From: an uncultured bacterium
GTDB taxonomy: Bacteria; Desulfobacterota_D; UBA1144; Nemesobacterales; UBA2774
Reading direction: 5' to 3'
Assembly (NCBI GenBank): GCA_963825135.1
Contig: CAWGRW010000009.1
Location: forward strand, 928,001-992,000
Length of the DNA: 64,000 nt
The notes under the pieces were generated by a model. It did not search any database, was not told the DNA's origin, and saw nothing but the letters and a program-made list of their open reading frames with translations. Shown here piece by piece: positions 50,110 through 60,756 of this stretch (its first letter is position 1; each line of letters starts with the position of its first letter). The position numbers were made by a program, and so were the translations under genes.

Positions 50110-50304
50110 TGGAATTGCAGAAAGGATAGAAGGGCGATTGGCGAGAGTGAAGGCGGGCGTGAAAAACCTGCAAGGCGCGTCGGGGAGTCCGGCGTGCGCA
50201 GCCGATTCCGGTGAATTTGAGTTCTATCGCAAAGTCTGGGCCGATCGTGTTGATCGAACCGGCGGGGAATGCGGCGCTTCCCCCTGCCCGAACTAATACA
50301 TCAT

Positions 50305-50635
50305 ATGCGTAAGTCACACATTACAAGAAGGGAGTTTCTAATATTGAGCGGCGCTGTTACCGCGGCGTCGCTGATTACCGTCAGCTGTGACAGCGGGTCC
50401 GGGTCTGGCGGCGCTAAGACCGTCTACAAACTGTCCCTCAGGGGACGAAGGGGGTCAAACGCCGCGAAGAATCACGATGCCAACTTTCTATTTGCGACTA
50501 CGAGAAGCAGCTGACCAGAACAGGGCCCATCCCGGGGACAATTCGCATATAGTCACCTTACCCATCAGCAAGGCCAGGTTTAACCAGCTTTTTAATAACG
50601 GCAATACTGCAGTAGCCGACCTCAGAAATTTCTGA
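50305..50635 (+). pseudogene. small Tat-signal lipoprotein, apparent frameshift near 50500
   Basis: MRKSHITRREFL twin-arginine signal with TVS-C lipobox. Removing one base near 50500 joins ...NFLFAT to REAADQNRAHPG...LRNF. Confidence 0.6.
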
Positions 50636-50847
50636 ATTTTTTCCTTACCGGATAAAGCTCGTCCGCAAAAGAAAGCGCTCTTCAGAGCATTCCGGAGAAC
50701 TGCAGCTGTAGAAGAATATGACCGGCTGATCCTGGAAAACACGAAATTAAACCTCAATGCAAACGATATAAATATCTCAGAGAGGGACAACAAAAAAAAC
50801 AGACACATGTCATTAACAAATATGACGAGACCACTTTGATTAGACGA

Positions 50848-52278
50848 TCATTTCTCCACTCGTATCAGCAGATCGTCATATTTCTCGGATCTCCTGTAAT
50901 AATTCCTGATTCTCGGATCTTCCGGATTTCGTATCGCGAAAGTGGAAATTACCTTCGGTTTTTGTGTGGAGATCGACTCATAAATATCATAATTATATCC
51001 GCTCGCTTTTTTTAAAGCGGCCTGACACCATGTATCGCTCACGCAGAACCATAAATAGTCCACGTCATCGCGATATAAATTAAATGAAATATATCCGTCG
51101 TAAACCTTGTCATTCTCGTCTGTGATAGATAAGACGTAATTTATTTTATCGAGCTGACTCACCTGGTTCGTGTTGTCCATCTTAAAAAAACCCTGATTGT
51201 GCATGATCGACATGGGAAGATATATCGCTCCTATAATGACAACAAATCTGCTGTACTTACTTTGGAAGACCGTATATAGCGTGTAGCTTGCGACTATTCC
51301 GAGCGGGGGGATTGCGAGCATATAATACTGTCTCCAGAGATTTTTAAACATCAGCAGGACCGCTAATAACAAGCCTATCGAGAGTATGGAGAATCTTCTA
51401 TGCTCTTTCGATTTAAGCAGCGCGGCTATGCCTATCAGATAAAGGACGCACGTAATTGTATTCTCGCGGAATGTCGCAAGCAAATATACCCACATCCCGA
51501 GCTGATGGTTGAAATAATAATTTAGGAGCCAATTCATCACGAAATATTGTTTGAACGACCCGGCAGCCATAAGATAAATATAATAAGGAGAGATACAGAG
51601 GACGAATACCGCCGCGTAGATGAGGACATCTCTCGGCCGGATGGCTCTTCCCCGCAGATCGTATAAAAACAGAACAAGTATAACGGGAATCAATGCGATG
51701 CTTTTTTGAAGGAAAAGAAACGACACAGCTAAAAACGCGGCGCTTGCCAAAAGAGGTTTCAAAGAACCCTTATCGTAGAAAACGAATAGGAAATATATTG
51801 ATAAGAGGGCCGCAAGGGTTTGAGGCACATCGGGTCTTATTTCAATCGTTTTCATGTAAAACGTCGCCACGGTTGATGTCAGGATGAGGCTGATAACCCC
51901 CACCTCGGAGTTCTTGAATATCTTCATCGACAATAAATATGTAACCATGAAAATACCGCCCGTCAGCAGCAGCATGAGGTAGCGGCCTGCGAATAACGAT
52001 TCCGTAGTGCTTCCAAAGATATAAATAACCGGGGTGAGCATATAATGCAGGAAGGGGTGGTGATGCTGAAAGAAGTCGACGTAAATTTCCTGACCCTGAA
52101 ATATTTTCCAGGCCGTATGAATATGCTCGAACTCGTCCTGATCGAATTCCCTGGATCCGGAGTAGAAGTAAATCGAGACCAGAATCCCCGCAAATACCGC
52201 CCACAGTAAAATGAGCCAGAGTCTATCCGGATAAGATTTATTCATCGAGGTCTTTGAACGGAGATCATCTGTTTTCAT
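50848..52278 (-). CDS. GT-C fold glycosyltransferase (ArnT/PMT-like)
   Basis: FDQDEFEH first-loop acidic motif, DFFQHHHP, EIRPD; many TMs. Confidence 0.78.
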   Translation of the reverse strand: MKTDDLRSKTSMNKSYPDRLWLILLWAVFAGILVSIYFYSGSREFDQDEFEHIHTAWKIFQGQEIYVDFFQHHHPFLHYMLTPVIYIFGSTTESLFAGRYLMLLLTGGIFMVTYLLSMKIFKNSEVGVISLILTSTVATFYMKTIEIRPDVPQTLAALLSIYFLFVFYDKGSLKPLLASAAFLAVSFLFLQKSIALIPVILVLFLYDLRGRAIRPRDVLIYAAVFVLCISPYYIYLMAAGSFKQYFVMNWLLNYYFNHQLGMWVYLLATFRENTITCVLYLIGIAALLKSKEHRRFSILSIGLLLAVLLMFKNLWRQYYMLAIPPLGIVASYTLYTVFQSKYSRFVVIIGAIYLPMSIMHNQGFFKMDNTNQVSQLDKINYVLSITDENDKVYDGYISFNLYRDDVDYLWFCVSDTWCQAALKKASGYNYDIYESISTQKPKVISTFAIRNPEDPRIRNYYRRSEKYDDLLIRVEK

Positions 52279-52308
52279 ACGTAAATTAATTTCAGTGATA
52301 GAAGCCGC

Positions 52309-53740
52309 TCAGACATGTATTTCCGAGAGGCCCGTCTCGGTGATTAAAGCGGACTCCTGATATTCGTAATCCATATTAATCGCCCAGAGATTATTCCCGG
52401 CGCCGCTAACAATGTTCTCTGCAGCCAGAATACCCATTAATATGCTATGGTCCTGATTGTTATACTTAAACGACCCGTACCGGCCGATGACCGTCAATCC
52501 CGTCATTCCGCCCAGGTAATCCTCTAGAGATTTCAGGACTTTCTTATACCCGGACCTGTAGACCGGATAGCATTTATTGATACGGTAGACATAACCGTTG
52601 GTAACCGCCTCCGGCCTCACAAGACCCGCATCGGACAACTCCCTCTTGCCAAGCTCTATCAGCATGTGATCGTCCCAGGACCAGAACTCATCGGCCTCAT
52701 CGCACCAGTACTCGAGCGCCAGTATCGAGCTCTTTTCCCCGCCGTAGAGACGCGGCGACCAGTTTCTGAAATTCGTGATCCTCCCTACCCTCAGCTGCGG
52801 CGAGTGAATATAAATCCAGTTGTCGGGGAACAAATTTTCGTCCTGCACATTCAAATAGACGATAATAGTGTTCCGGAACCTCAAAGACTTCGCGGAGGCA
52901 ATCACATCCTCGCCTGCCCCCTCCAAACCGAGGACGAGCAGCGTGAGCGGCATCGTGGATACGATGTGGTCGTACTGCTTCCGTTCTCCCGTCCTTAAGC
53001 TCTATCCCCCTCGCCTCACGCCCGATATTGATAACCCTTCTGACAGGAGTATTCAGGTAAACGTTCCCGCCCTTCTCCGAAACGTAAGAAGCCATGCGCT
53101 CGTAGACCATCCCGGTGCCTTCGTCAGGGTAAGCAAACCTGTCGACGAGGGTCCTGTGCGCGTTCCCGTTTTCAATCGAGAACGCGGCCTTTAGGGCCTC
53201 GAACAGCGAGAACTTCTTGATCCTCTGGACCGCGAAGTCGGTGTCGAGCTCGCTGCATGGAATGCCCCACAACTTTTCACTGTAAGTCTTAAAGAATATC
53301 TCGTATAGCCTCCTCCCGAACCTCCTTACGACCCAGCTCTCGAAGGTCTCATCCCCGTCTCCGGGTGTTTCAGGGGCAATTTTTTCGCGAAGGTAGCTTA
53401 GGAGCGCGCGCGCAGTCTCCGCCGCGCCCAGTTTTTCGACAACGTCTATCGGCTTCAGGGGATATTGATACAGCTTGTTGTTATAAAGGATCCTGGTCAA
53501 CCGGTTTACCATCGAATAATCTCGTCCGACGACCTCGAGCCACAATTTATTCACGCGGGGGTCCTTGCTGAAAAAGCGGTGCGGTCCAAGATCGACCGTC
53601 TGGTTCCACAATGAAAACGACCTTGCGAGCCCTCCTACTGCGCCGCCCGCTTCGTATACATCAGTTTTTACGCCAGCCTTCGCAAGCTGATACGCGCAGG
53701 CGAGTCCGGCGGGACCCGCGCCTATAATTCCGACCTTCAT
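52309..53740 (-). pseudogene. FAD-dependent oxidoreductase (UDP-galactopyranose mutase/HemY-like), +1 frameshift near 52989
   Basis: GAGPAGL, DLGPHRFF and YSEKLWG in the first ORF; YDHIVSTMPL...YPVY...GRYGSFKYNNQDHS continues in another frame. Confidence 0.82.
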
Positions 53741-53896
53741 GTATATCCACCCATTCTCGTAAATTGATCTCCCTCGATTCTAACCGGACGCCCCGGGTCG
53801 TGATAATGAGTATCCAATTCGCACCATGCCCCCATCGCCAGTCAACGGACACATGCTCATACGTTTGTCCATCGGGACTAGAATATGAAGCAACGC

Positions 53897-54088
53897 TCAT
53901 ACAGTCAAGCGCGGGGCTGTGATCATTTCAGATCCCGGCAGCCGACCGAGGACTTCGTCGTGATAGCCGCGTATAGTCTTTTCAATAACGGCTTCCTCGT
54001 TAAATACAGGTATTACGACAGAGACAGGATGTTTTTGAAGCTTGTTGTCGGTCAAGGTCGAAGGGTTTCCCGGGCGTGCTTGTGCCAT
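53897..54088 (-). pseudogene. truncated GT2 glycosyltransferase N-terminus
   Basis: VSVVIPVFNEEAVI motif, then loss of family similarity and a stop after 63 aa. Confidence 0.7.
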
Positions 54089-54191
54089 TTACACTTAATG
54101 ATATGGTTACCTGTTATAAATATAATAGTAGGTCTATCCTTGTTAAACTTACTGAGTACATTCATTCTAATTCCGCGAGGGCTATTTATCA

Positions 54192-55370
54192 ATGAAGCGG
54201 TTATTCGACCTGCAGCAATGGTGTCTCGGCAGAAGCGAGTCTCTTTTTAAAGTCGCGGTTGGGCTTATGTCCCTCCTCGCTGTAACGAGAACGGCGTATC
54301 AGCTCTGGCGTCTTCTTATAGACCGGAACCCGAACGGCGCGATCGATCTCAGAAACGTCCACGAATGGGTCGATCTATGGTTCACGGGAGAACCGCTTAA
54401 AGAAATAATTTTTCTTCCCGCGACGTACGCGCTGCTATGGCCGTTTACCGGGTGGCTTTCCTTCGAAACCGCGAGATGGCTATGGGCGATTCTATATATC
54501 GCTTCTCTCCTATGGCTCGTTTATATAGTTATCGGAGAGACCGGGATCGGGAAGAAAAGGGAGATTCTGTTTGCCGCTCTATTTATATTAGCGATATACC
54601 CGACTTCGATCACTATCGGCAACGGACAGGTCATACTCTTCCTCCTTCCGGCCGTTCTGACAGCCGTTCTAATGGAGAGGGGGCCCAAAAACGGCATAGC
54701 CGGAGACATAGTCATCGCCCTCCTTTTCCTTTTTTCCTCGCTCAAGATCACCGTTACCGCGCCGTTCCTTTTAATACCGCTTATAACCAGAAGAGCATTT
54801 CGCCCTTTTATCATTGCGGCCTGCGGTTACGTAGCCGTGACATACCTTGCAATATCTTTCAGAGACGCGGGCCTGATCGAGACTTTGCGAATTTGGATTG
54901 AGGACAGCTCCGCCCTGGCGGCAGGCGGAGGGTATGCGGATATTCACATCTGGCTCGGAAGTCTCGGTCTCAAACAATTGATTTTGCCCGCCTCGCTTGT
55001 CCTGATCTCGGCTTTCTCATTATGGCTCTATGCGTTTCGTAATATAGACGTATGGATACAGCTCGGCGTTGCGGCTATCGTCGCCCGCCTCTGGACTTAT
55101 CACCGCCTTTACGACGATCTTCTGATCCTCGTTCCCGTGATTACGATTTTCAGGATAACAGGAAGCAGCCGACTCTCCCCTAACGAGCGTCTTGCAGCCG
55201 ATCTCCTTCTGCTCGTTTCCTGGCTGGGTCTGCTTTCCCCCGGGTTCTTTCTCCAGCTCAGGTTCCCTATCGGCACACTGTTCAGGGCGGGCCAGACGGC
55301 AATCTGGATATCGATGCTCGTCTTCCTTCTTTATTACTCATATAAAGCGAAACAAACCGAACCCGCCTGA
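54192..55370 (+). CDS. GT87/DUF2029-like membrane glycosyltransferase
   Basis: AIDL, LLWPF, GNGQ, SLK and YHRLYD motifs; multi-TM. Confidence 0.75.
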   Translation: MKRLFDLQQWCLGRSESLFKVAVGLMSLLAVTRTAYQLWRLLIDRNPNGAIDLRNVHEWVDLWFTGEPLKEIIFLPATYALLWPFTGWLSFETARWLWAILYIASLLWLVYIVIGETGIGKKREILFAALFILAIYPTSITIGNGQVILFLLPAVLTAVLMERGPKNGIAGDIVIALLFLFSSLKITVTAPFLLIPLITRRAFRPFIIAACGYVAVTYLAISFRDAGLIETLRIWIEDSSALAAGGGYADIHIWLGSLGLKQLILPASLVLISAFSLWLYAFRNIDVWIQLGVAAIVARLWTYHRLYDDLLILVPVITIFRITGSSRLSPNERLAADLLLLVSWLGLLSPGFFLQLRFPIGTLFRAGQTAIWISMLVFLLYYSYKAKQTEPA

Positions 55371-55498
55371 CCGCAAGTCCGTGAGCTTGACAATAATCCT
55401 GCATTGTATGGACATAATTCGAGAGACGATTTATATTCCGAAGAAGGCTGCCTGTCGTCTCCGACAGGCAGCCATTTATTCAGGTCTGAGTTTCTTCT

Positions 55499-58400
55499 CT
55501 ACAATCCGACCGGACATACGGGGGCGGTGCAGAACACCGGCTTCGGCGGATTCGAGTCCTGGCAGCTTCCTGCAATGTTCTGTCCCACCGGGCTGAAGTT
55601 CACGTTCCAGTCGGAGTCGTCCGGGAAGCAGCACGGGGCCGGAGGAGGCAATGGCGCCGCCGGGGGATCTGTCGGCAGCTTGAAAGAAAATCCGACACAG
55701 CCGCCCTCGGGACAATCGACGGCCCTCACTGCCCAGCTGCATACATTGTTTTTATTGTCACCCTCCTGCTTCGTGCACTCAGCGTAGAGGTCCGGGTTGC
55801 TGGTCTTTAACTGATCCGAGCATCCGCATGAACCCGTTGAGGCCGAACCGGTCCACGTACAGAAGCTCTCCGGCTTACATCTATCCATTTTGGCGTTTTC
55901 GAACTTTGTTTTGAAATCGGCCAGATCCACCGTTACCTCCACGATTCCCGTCGAGGGGTCGTCTTTATACCATTTTCTGACCCATTTACCGGGCCAGTCT
56001 ATAGATTCAACGTCAAGCGGACGGCTCTTTTTAAGAGGTGAGCTTATTCCGTTTACGTCCTTCGCGGGGTCGAACCCGTTCCCGACGGGTATAAGGTACG
56101 TCTGTTTCGTGGTGTCCTTGGCGAATATGAGGAGTATATAATACGTCTCATTACCCTTAAAGACATTAAAAGTGGGCTTCTGGCCTCCCGCAACCTGCAG
56201 TCCTGCCAGTTGATTCGCTTGTGAAACGGTCGTATCGATATAATAAACCCCGTTGTTTGCCGTCAGGTTGCTCCGCTGGAAGAAATTCATACCCATCATG
56301 CGGATTTGCGCGCCCGATTTGTTGGCCGCTTCATTCTTTGTAAGCAACTGTCTGTAAAGCGGGACTCCGTAACAGAATGAGCTCCCGCAATCGCCGCCCC
56401 AGAACGCGCCTTCCAGATTGCACGAGTTATCCTTGTTCGGTATTTTGGCGCAGTTGTCATCGATTGCGCAGGATTTGCCGTCTATGCGGCAGTGTCCCCC
56501 GCAGTCCCCTTTCTCGACACAGCCCGGATACACCACGGTCGTCACGTAGTCGTAAGGACTCGTTCTGGCCGTCTCTTCGGACTGGCACTCGAGAGTTTCC
56601 GTCGGAGCGTTAAAGAACGGATCCTCGTTTACGGAGATCGTATTCTTTAGACCGGTGAGCGAGCCGTCGTCGTCGTTGAGTATTGTCTGCCTGTCTATGG
56701 CCGAGAAATTACCGAACGATCCCCCGACGCCTTCAGGATTGTTAAGCGAGAAGGTGCAGTAGTTCGTCTTGACGCGGGAGTCGTCGCTCTGAAACGCAAA
56801 TTTGCCGCCCTGTACGAACAACGGCTCTATTACGAAGTGGCGTATATCGACGGTGTTTCGGAAGTACAGGTTCGCCGAGTGGAATGCCGGGGGGTAGTAA
56901 AAGCCGTTCGGCTGCTTCCACGCAATCGCCGCGTTCGGCAGATAGCACTGATTCTTCTTTTTATCATAGGGCATGAGCGGCACCCTGCCGTACATCGACT
57001 TACTCGACGAACAGCTCCCCCGCCCGACCGTGCAGTCGTCTACAACATACTTTTTTATATCGAAAAACGCGTTCGAGTCTTCAAAGCTGGGCCCGTCGTA
57101 GATATTAAACATTCTCTGGTTGTTCGCGAAATTGGACAGCGGTATGCTAACCCCCTCGTCCCTGAGGAAACAGTAATTACCGACAGGCTGGCCGTTGGTG
57201 AGGAGAGCGCATGTGAGAGGCGAGTTCTTATTGACAGGGCCTGCGGCTGACGCAAAATAGGCGCTATCCGGCTGTGTTTGACCGATAAAGACGTTTTGCC
57301 TCGCGAGCTGCCACTGTCCTGGATAGAAGTTAGATTCCGTATAGTCCCCGCCCGTCACGAATGTCAGGCCCGCGTTTTGCACGTCCGATATCACGCTGTT
57401 TATTACGAGATACCACCGCGGGCGTAGCCATATAGCCGAGAAATTCGTCTCGGCCCAGTTAAACGCACTCGTAAACCTGTCTAGAACCGCAACCATGCAA
57501 TTCTTTCGGTCAGTCGGGGTGCAGACAGGGGCCGAACTGCAGTCCGCCAGGTCGCACTTCGTCGGATTATGACCACCTGAAACCTTGGGATAATACTTCT
57601 CGGCCTCCCCACGGTTAGGCGCAGGTGAAAGGTTGCCCACAGTTACAGGCTGGAAAACAGGAGATATGGGATCCAGGGGACCGCCGACGCCGTTACAACT
57701 GCTGATGTCCTGAATGGAATTAAATGCGTTCATCGCCGACACGCAGTAGTTCCCCTTGAAGTTCTTGAGCGGCGTAATGCCCGCCCTGGCCAAATTACTC
57801 TGCTGCGATGCGTATCCTTCCCACTTCTGATCCTGCGACATGCCGCTTATCGCGCCCGGCAGCCACCAGTAGCATATTCCGCATGCGTTGGCGCCTGCCG
57901 CCATGTTGTATTCGAAATCGTTCCATCCGTTCATTATCCAGAACACAGCGGGCTGGGCGTAATCGCTGTGGTAGGGGACGTCCGTGGTAACTTCCTTGTT
58001 TGCGGTATATGCCAGGATTCCCGGAACCTCGCGGGGATTCTGTGCGTTTTTAATCGCGGCCCGGGCGAATATGCCTATATTCGAATATAGCTTATTGTCA
58101 GTCTCCGTCCCGTCCTCGAGGTAGTATCCGTGCCCTATGGACTTCCAGCCCACGTTCCTTGCGATTATCGCGTTCTGTGTGCCGTGGAGTGTAATCCACC
58201 TGGTCATGGATTCGTTTATCGAGCTGTCTTTTACGAACGTATTGGCCGGCGTCTTCCGCATGAGGTGCAGGTGAACGGGGTAGCGTCCTTTCCGTCCCCC
58301 CTGGCCCAGCTGGTAGAACTCGACGCCCTGTACCTGTACCTGCTTGATCCCCTGCCTGAACATCGTCTGTCCGCCGTAATAGCCTGTGGGAAAGCAGTCG

Positions 58401-60433
58401 AATTTACACTTCTTGCCCGCTTCAGTCGTCGGAATGCTGTCCCCGGCCGACACAATACGGATGCTGCGCGTGAGGAGCGCGACTGCCGCACGCGTCTCGG
58501 CGAGCGCCTTCCCGTTATCGGCCCCTCCGTTGGCGAGCTTTATATTCAGCTGAAGCCTCGCGAGATCGCCGCCGTTAAAGTTGAAGTTATCGTCAGGGTA
58601 CAGGTCCCCGTTGTGCGCCCATTTGAGACCGCACTTGCCGACATCGGGGTTATCGGTAACACAGCCGGCCGGCGGCAGATTCGTTGCGGGGTCCACGATA
58701 GTAATCCTGAGCTTTCTCGGGCCCTCTTTCTTTACGATTTGAAGCTCCTCGGAATGCCCGGGAAGATAGTCGGTTGTGGTGATAACTATCCTGTCGCCGG
58801 CCTCCCAGTCGACGTCACGGTCGAGAAAGATGAGGGTTTTCGTCGCGTCTTTGTCGTTCTTTAGCCTGACCCAGCTTGTCCCCGAATCATAGTTCTGAAT
58901 ATTGCTCCCGTATTTCGCGCCTTTCTTGCCTAAGAGCTGGATAGTCCCGCCGAATGAAACCGCAAGCACCTTCCTTCCGAAAAAGCCCGTTTCGCCCTGG
59001 GTGTTATCGTGATTCATGTATTGATAAAATCGATCCGTAACGCCTCCTGGGAGACTAACCGGGGATCCCCCTTTCGAATCCCACGCGGTCTTATCTATAC
59101 CGCAGGGTATATCGGAGCTCTGAAGCGGAGACTGGCATTGGATACCCTCCTTATCGTTGTCGCTTCCGTAGAGGTGGATGGTCAGGACTCCTCCATTGGT
59201 CCCGAAAGGCTGGTTCGTGCCTGCCAATAATGATCCCTCATTCTCAACCAGTATCGATTTCGCCCAGAAATGCGTCTCGCCGCCGGCATCGGTAAAAAAT
59301 AGTACGCCGTTTTTTATAATGTTTACGTTCTTATAGAGGAATACGCCCGAAGGCACATCGCATCTAGCCGATATCAGGAGGTCCTTGGTGCCGTCTCCCG
59401 GCATGAGTTTGCCCGTCTGGCATGTATCCGCATCGGCGTCCAGTTCGGCCCCGGGCTCGGCTTCGTTCCCCGTAACTATTTCATTTCGCTCCGAGCTCGC
59501 GACAAACGTCCCGGTCATATTCGCTCCGGTTGTGTTCGCGCCCATCATATCCGCATTCTCCAGGATAGCCGAGGTCAAATCGGCGTCCGCGAGGTCGGAG
59601 TTTATGAGTACCGCGTTCGTGAGGTCGGCCCCCGCCAGTGTAGCCCCGGTAAGGTTCGCCCCCGTGAGGTCAGCGTTCCTGAGTTCCGCCCCCTTCAGAT
59701 TGGCCCCGCTCAGGTTCGCGTTTGCGAGTATAGCGTCGTTGAGCTTCGCCCCCTCGAGGTCGACACCCCTGAGGTCCGCATTATAGAGGTTCGCTCCCGA
59801 CAGGTCGCACCCTATGCACTTATCCGTATTGAGGAACGTCGATACATTATTCAATGTCTCGTCTGAAGCCGTGCTCAGCGTCGATTTGCCGCTCTCGGGA
59901 ACTATAAATACCGCTACGTTCTTCTCCGTCTCCTGGTCGTGATAGACCCTCATCTCGTAATCCCCGGGCTCTACCACCCCCGTCGCGCACTCCCCGTTCG
60001 CCTTTACTTGCAGCGTCTCGACTCCCTCGTCGTTGACGAGCACCATGTAATGCCCCGCGCTCTTGTTATCGTCTTCCCAGCAGAAGGTCTGCTCCATGGA
60101 CTTCTCGTACCTGTATGGGATTATGTCGTACCCCTTGCCTCCGGTGTCCTTATCGAGGACGTTGCAGTCAGCGGACTCGAGCAGTACGGCCACTATGTCC
60201 TCGTCGGGCAGGGCGACGAGGCCCGGGTCCGTCACGAAGTCGTTCTCCGTCCGCACGCTCAGGGAATCGTTAGAACTGCCCTTGACCGGATTGTTAAACC
60301 GGGAAGGACCTAATATTAAGAAAATCGCTATTAAGGGAATAATGAAGAAAAGAAGAGGGACGTACTTTCTGGACTTGTCACGGCGAGTATCCTCCTTCAG
60401 AGTTTTAGCCGGTTCTGATTGGAATCCCCCCAA
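55499..60433 (-). CDS. large membrane-anchored protein: pentapeptide repeats + G8 domain + CEMIP/TMEM2-like beta-helix
   Basis: N-terminal TM; A(D/N)L repeats at about 59510-59810; G8-type FFGRKVLAV..GTIQLLG..SWVRL; WEAGDRIVITTTDY, ETRAAVALLTRSI, GRYPVHLH, ITLHGT, GHGYYLEDG; Cys-rich C-terminus. Confidence 0.82.
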   Translation of the reverse strand: MGGFQSEPAKTLKEDTRRDKSRKYVPLLFFIIPLIAIFLILGPSRFNNPVKGSSNDSLSVRTENDFVTDPGLVALPDEDIVAVLLESADCNVLDKDTGGKGYDIIPYRYEKSMEQTFCWEDDNKSAGHYMVLVNDEGVETLQVKANGECATGVVEPGDYEMRVYHDQETEKNVAVFIVPESGKSTLSTASDETLNNVSTFLNTDKCIGCDLSGANLYNADLRGVDLEGAKLNDAILANANLSGANLKGAELRNADLTGANLTGATLAGADLTNAVLINSDLADADLTSAILENADMMGANTTGANMTGTFVASSERNEIVTGNEAEPGAELDADADTCQTGKLMPGDGTKDLLISARCDVPSGVFLYKNVNIIKNGVLFFTDAGGETHFWAKSILVENEGSLLAGTNQPFGTNGGVLTIHLYGSDNDKEGIQCQSPLQSSDIPCGIDKTAWDSKGGSPVSLPGGVTDRFYQYMNHDNTQGETGFFGRKVLAVSFGGTIQLLGKKGAKYGSNIQNYDSGTSWVRLKNDKDATKTLIFLDRDVDWEAGDRIVITTTDYLPGHSEELQIVKKEGPRKLRITIVDPATNLPPAGCVTDNPDVGKCGLKWAHNGDLYPDDNFNFNGGDLARLQLNIKLANGGADNGKALAETRAAVALLTRSIRIVSAGDSIPTTEAGKKCKFDCFPTGYYGGQTMFRQGIKQVQVQGVEFYQLGQGGRKGRYPVHLHLMRKTPANTFVKDSSINESMTRWITLHGTQNAIIARNVGWKSIGHGYYLEDGTETDNKLYSNIGIFARAAIKNAQNPREVPGILAYTANKEVTTDVPYHSDYAQPAVFWIMNGWNDFEYNMAAGANACGICYWWLPGAISGMSQDQKWEGYASQQSNLARAGITPLKNFKGNYCVSAMNAFNSIQDISSCNGVGGPLDPISPVFQPVTVGNLSPAPNRGEAEKYYPKVSGGHNPTKCDLADCSSAPVCTPTDRKNCMVAVLDRFTSAFNWAETNFSAIWLRPRWYLVINSVISDVQNAGLTFVTGGDYTESNFYPGQWQLARQNVFIGQTQPDSAYFASAAGPVNKNSPLTCALLTNGQPVGNYCFLRDEGVSIPLSNFANNQRMFNIYDGPSFEDSNAFFDIKKYVVDDCTVGRGSCSSSKSMYGRVPLMPYDKKKNQCYLPNAAIAWKQPNGFYYPPAFHSANLYFRNTVDIRHFVIEPLFVQGGKFAFQSDDSRVKTNYCTFSLNNPEGVGGSFGNFSAIDRQTILNDDDGSLTGLKNTISVNEDPFFNAPTETLECQSEETARTSPYDYVTTVVYPGCVEKGDCGGHCRIDGKSCAIDDNCAKIPNKDNSCNLEGAFWGGDCGSSFCYGVPLYRQLLTKNEAANKSGAQIRMMGMNFFQRSNLTANNGVYYIDTTVSQANQLAGLQVAGGQKPTFNVFKGNETYYILLIFAKDTTKQTYLIPVGNGFDPAKDVNGISSPLKKSRPLDVESIDWPGKWVRKWYKDDPSTGIVEVTVDLADFKTKFENAKMDRCKPESFCTWTGSASTGSCGCSDQLKTSNPDLYAECTKQEGDNKNNVCSWAVRAVDCPEGGCVGFSFKLPTDPPAAPLPPPAPCCFPDDSDWNVNFSPVGQNIAGSCQDSNPPKPVFCTAPVCPVGL

Positions 60434-60756
60434 ACTAATACGATATTGTAAGCTTATGTTTCGACGAAGTCAATAATTCTAGCACAAATACCCAATTATT
60501 AATCCGAATGATAAACGGTGCGGTTCTTAATCGTGAATCGTGAGTCTGATAAATGTTCATTCGCGGGAGCGAATTCTATTCCGTGTATTAACACTTGTTC
60601 CCCATATTAAATAGCGAGGGTATAAGGGAGTAGACAAGTTTCAGTCGGCCAGCCCTCCTCTAGTGCTTCCGTCACCGGCAAGCGCGCAATTGCTGCCGGA
60701 TCCCTCGGCGCTGCCGCCGCCATGACAGTGCGGAAGTATGAGCGGATGTCGCGGTA

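Noticed and set aside
50081..50296. 71-aa ORF with IEGRLAR and WADR, faintly like a cyclophane RiPP precursor
   Set aside because: Its TTG start is the -35 box of a consensus promoter, it has no RBS, and no radical SAM gene is nearby.
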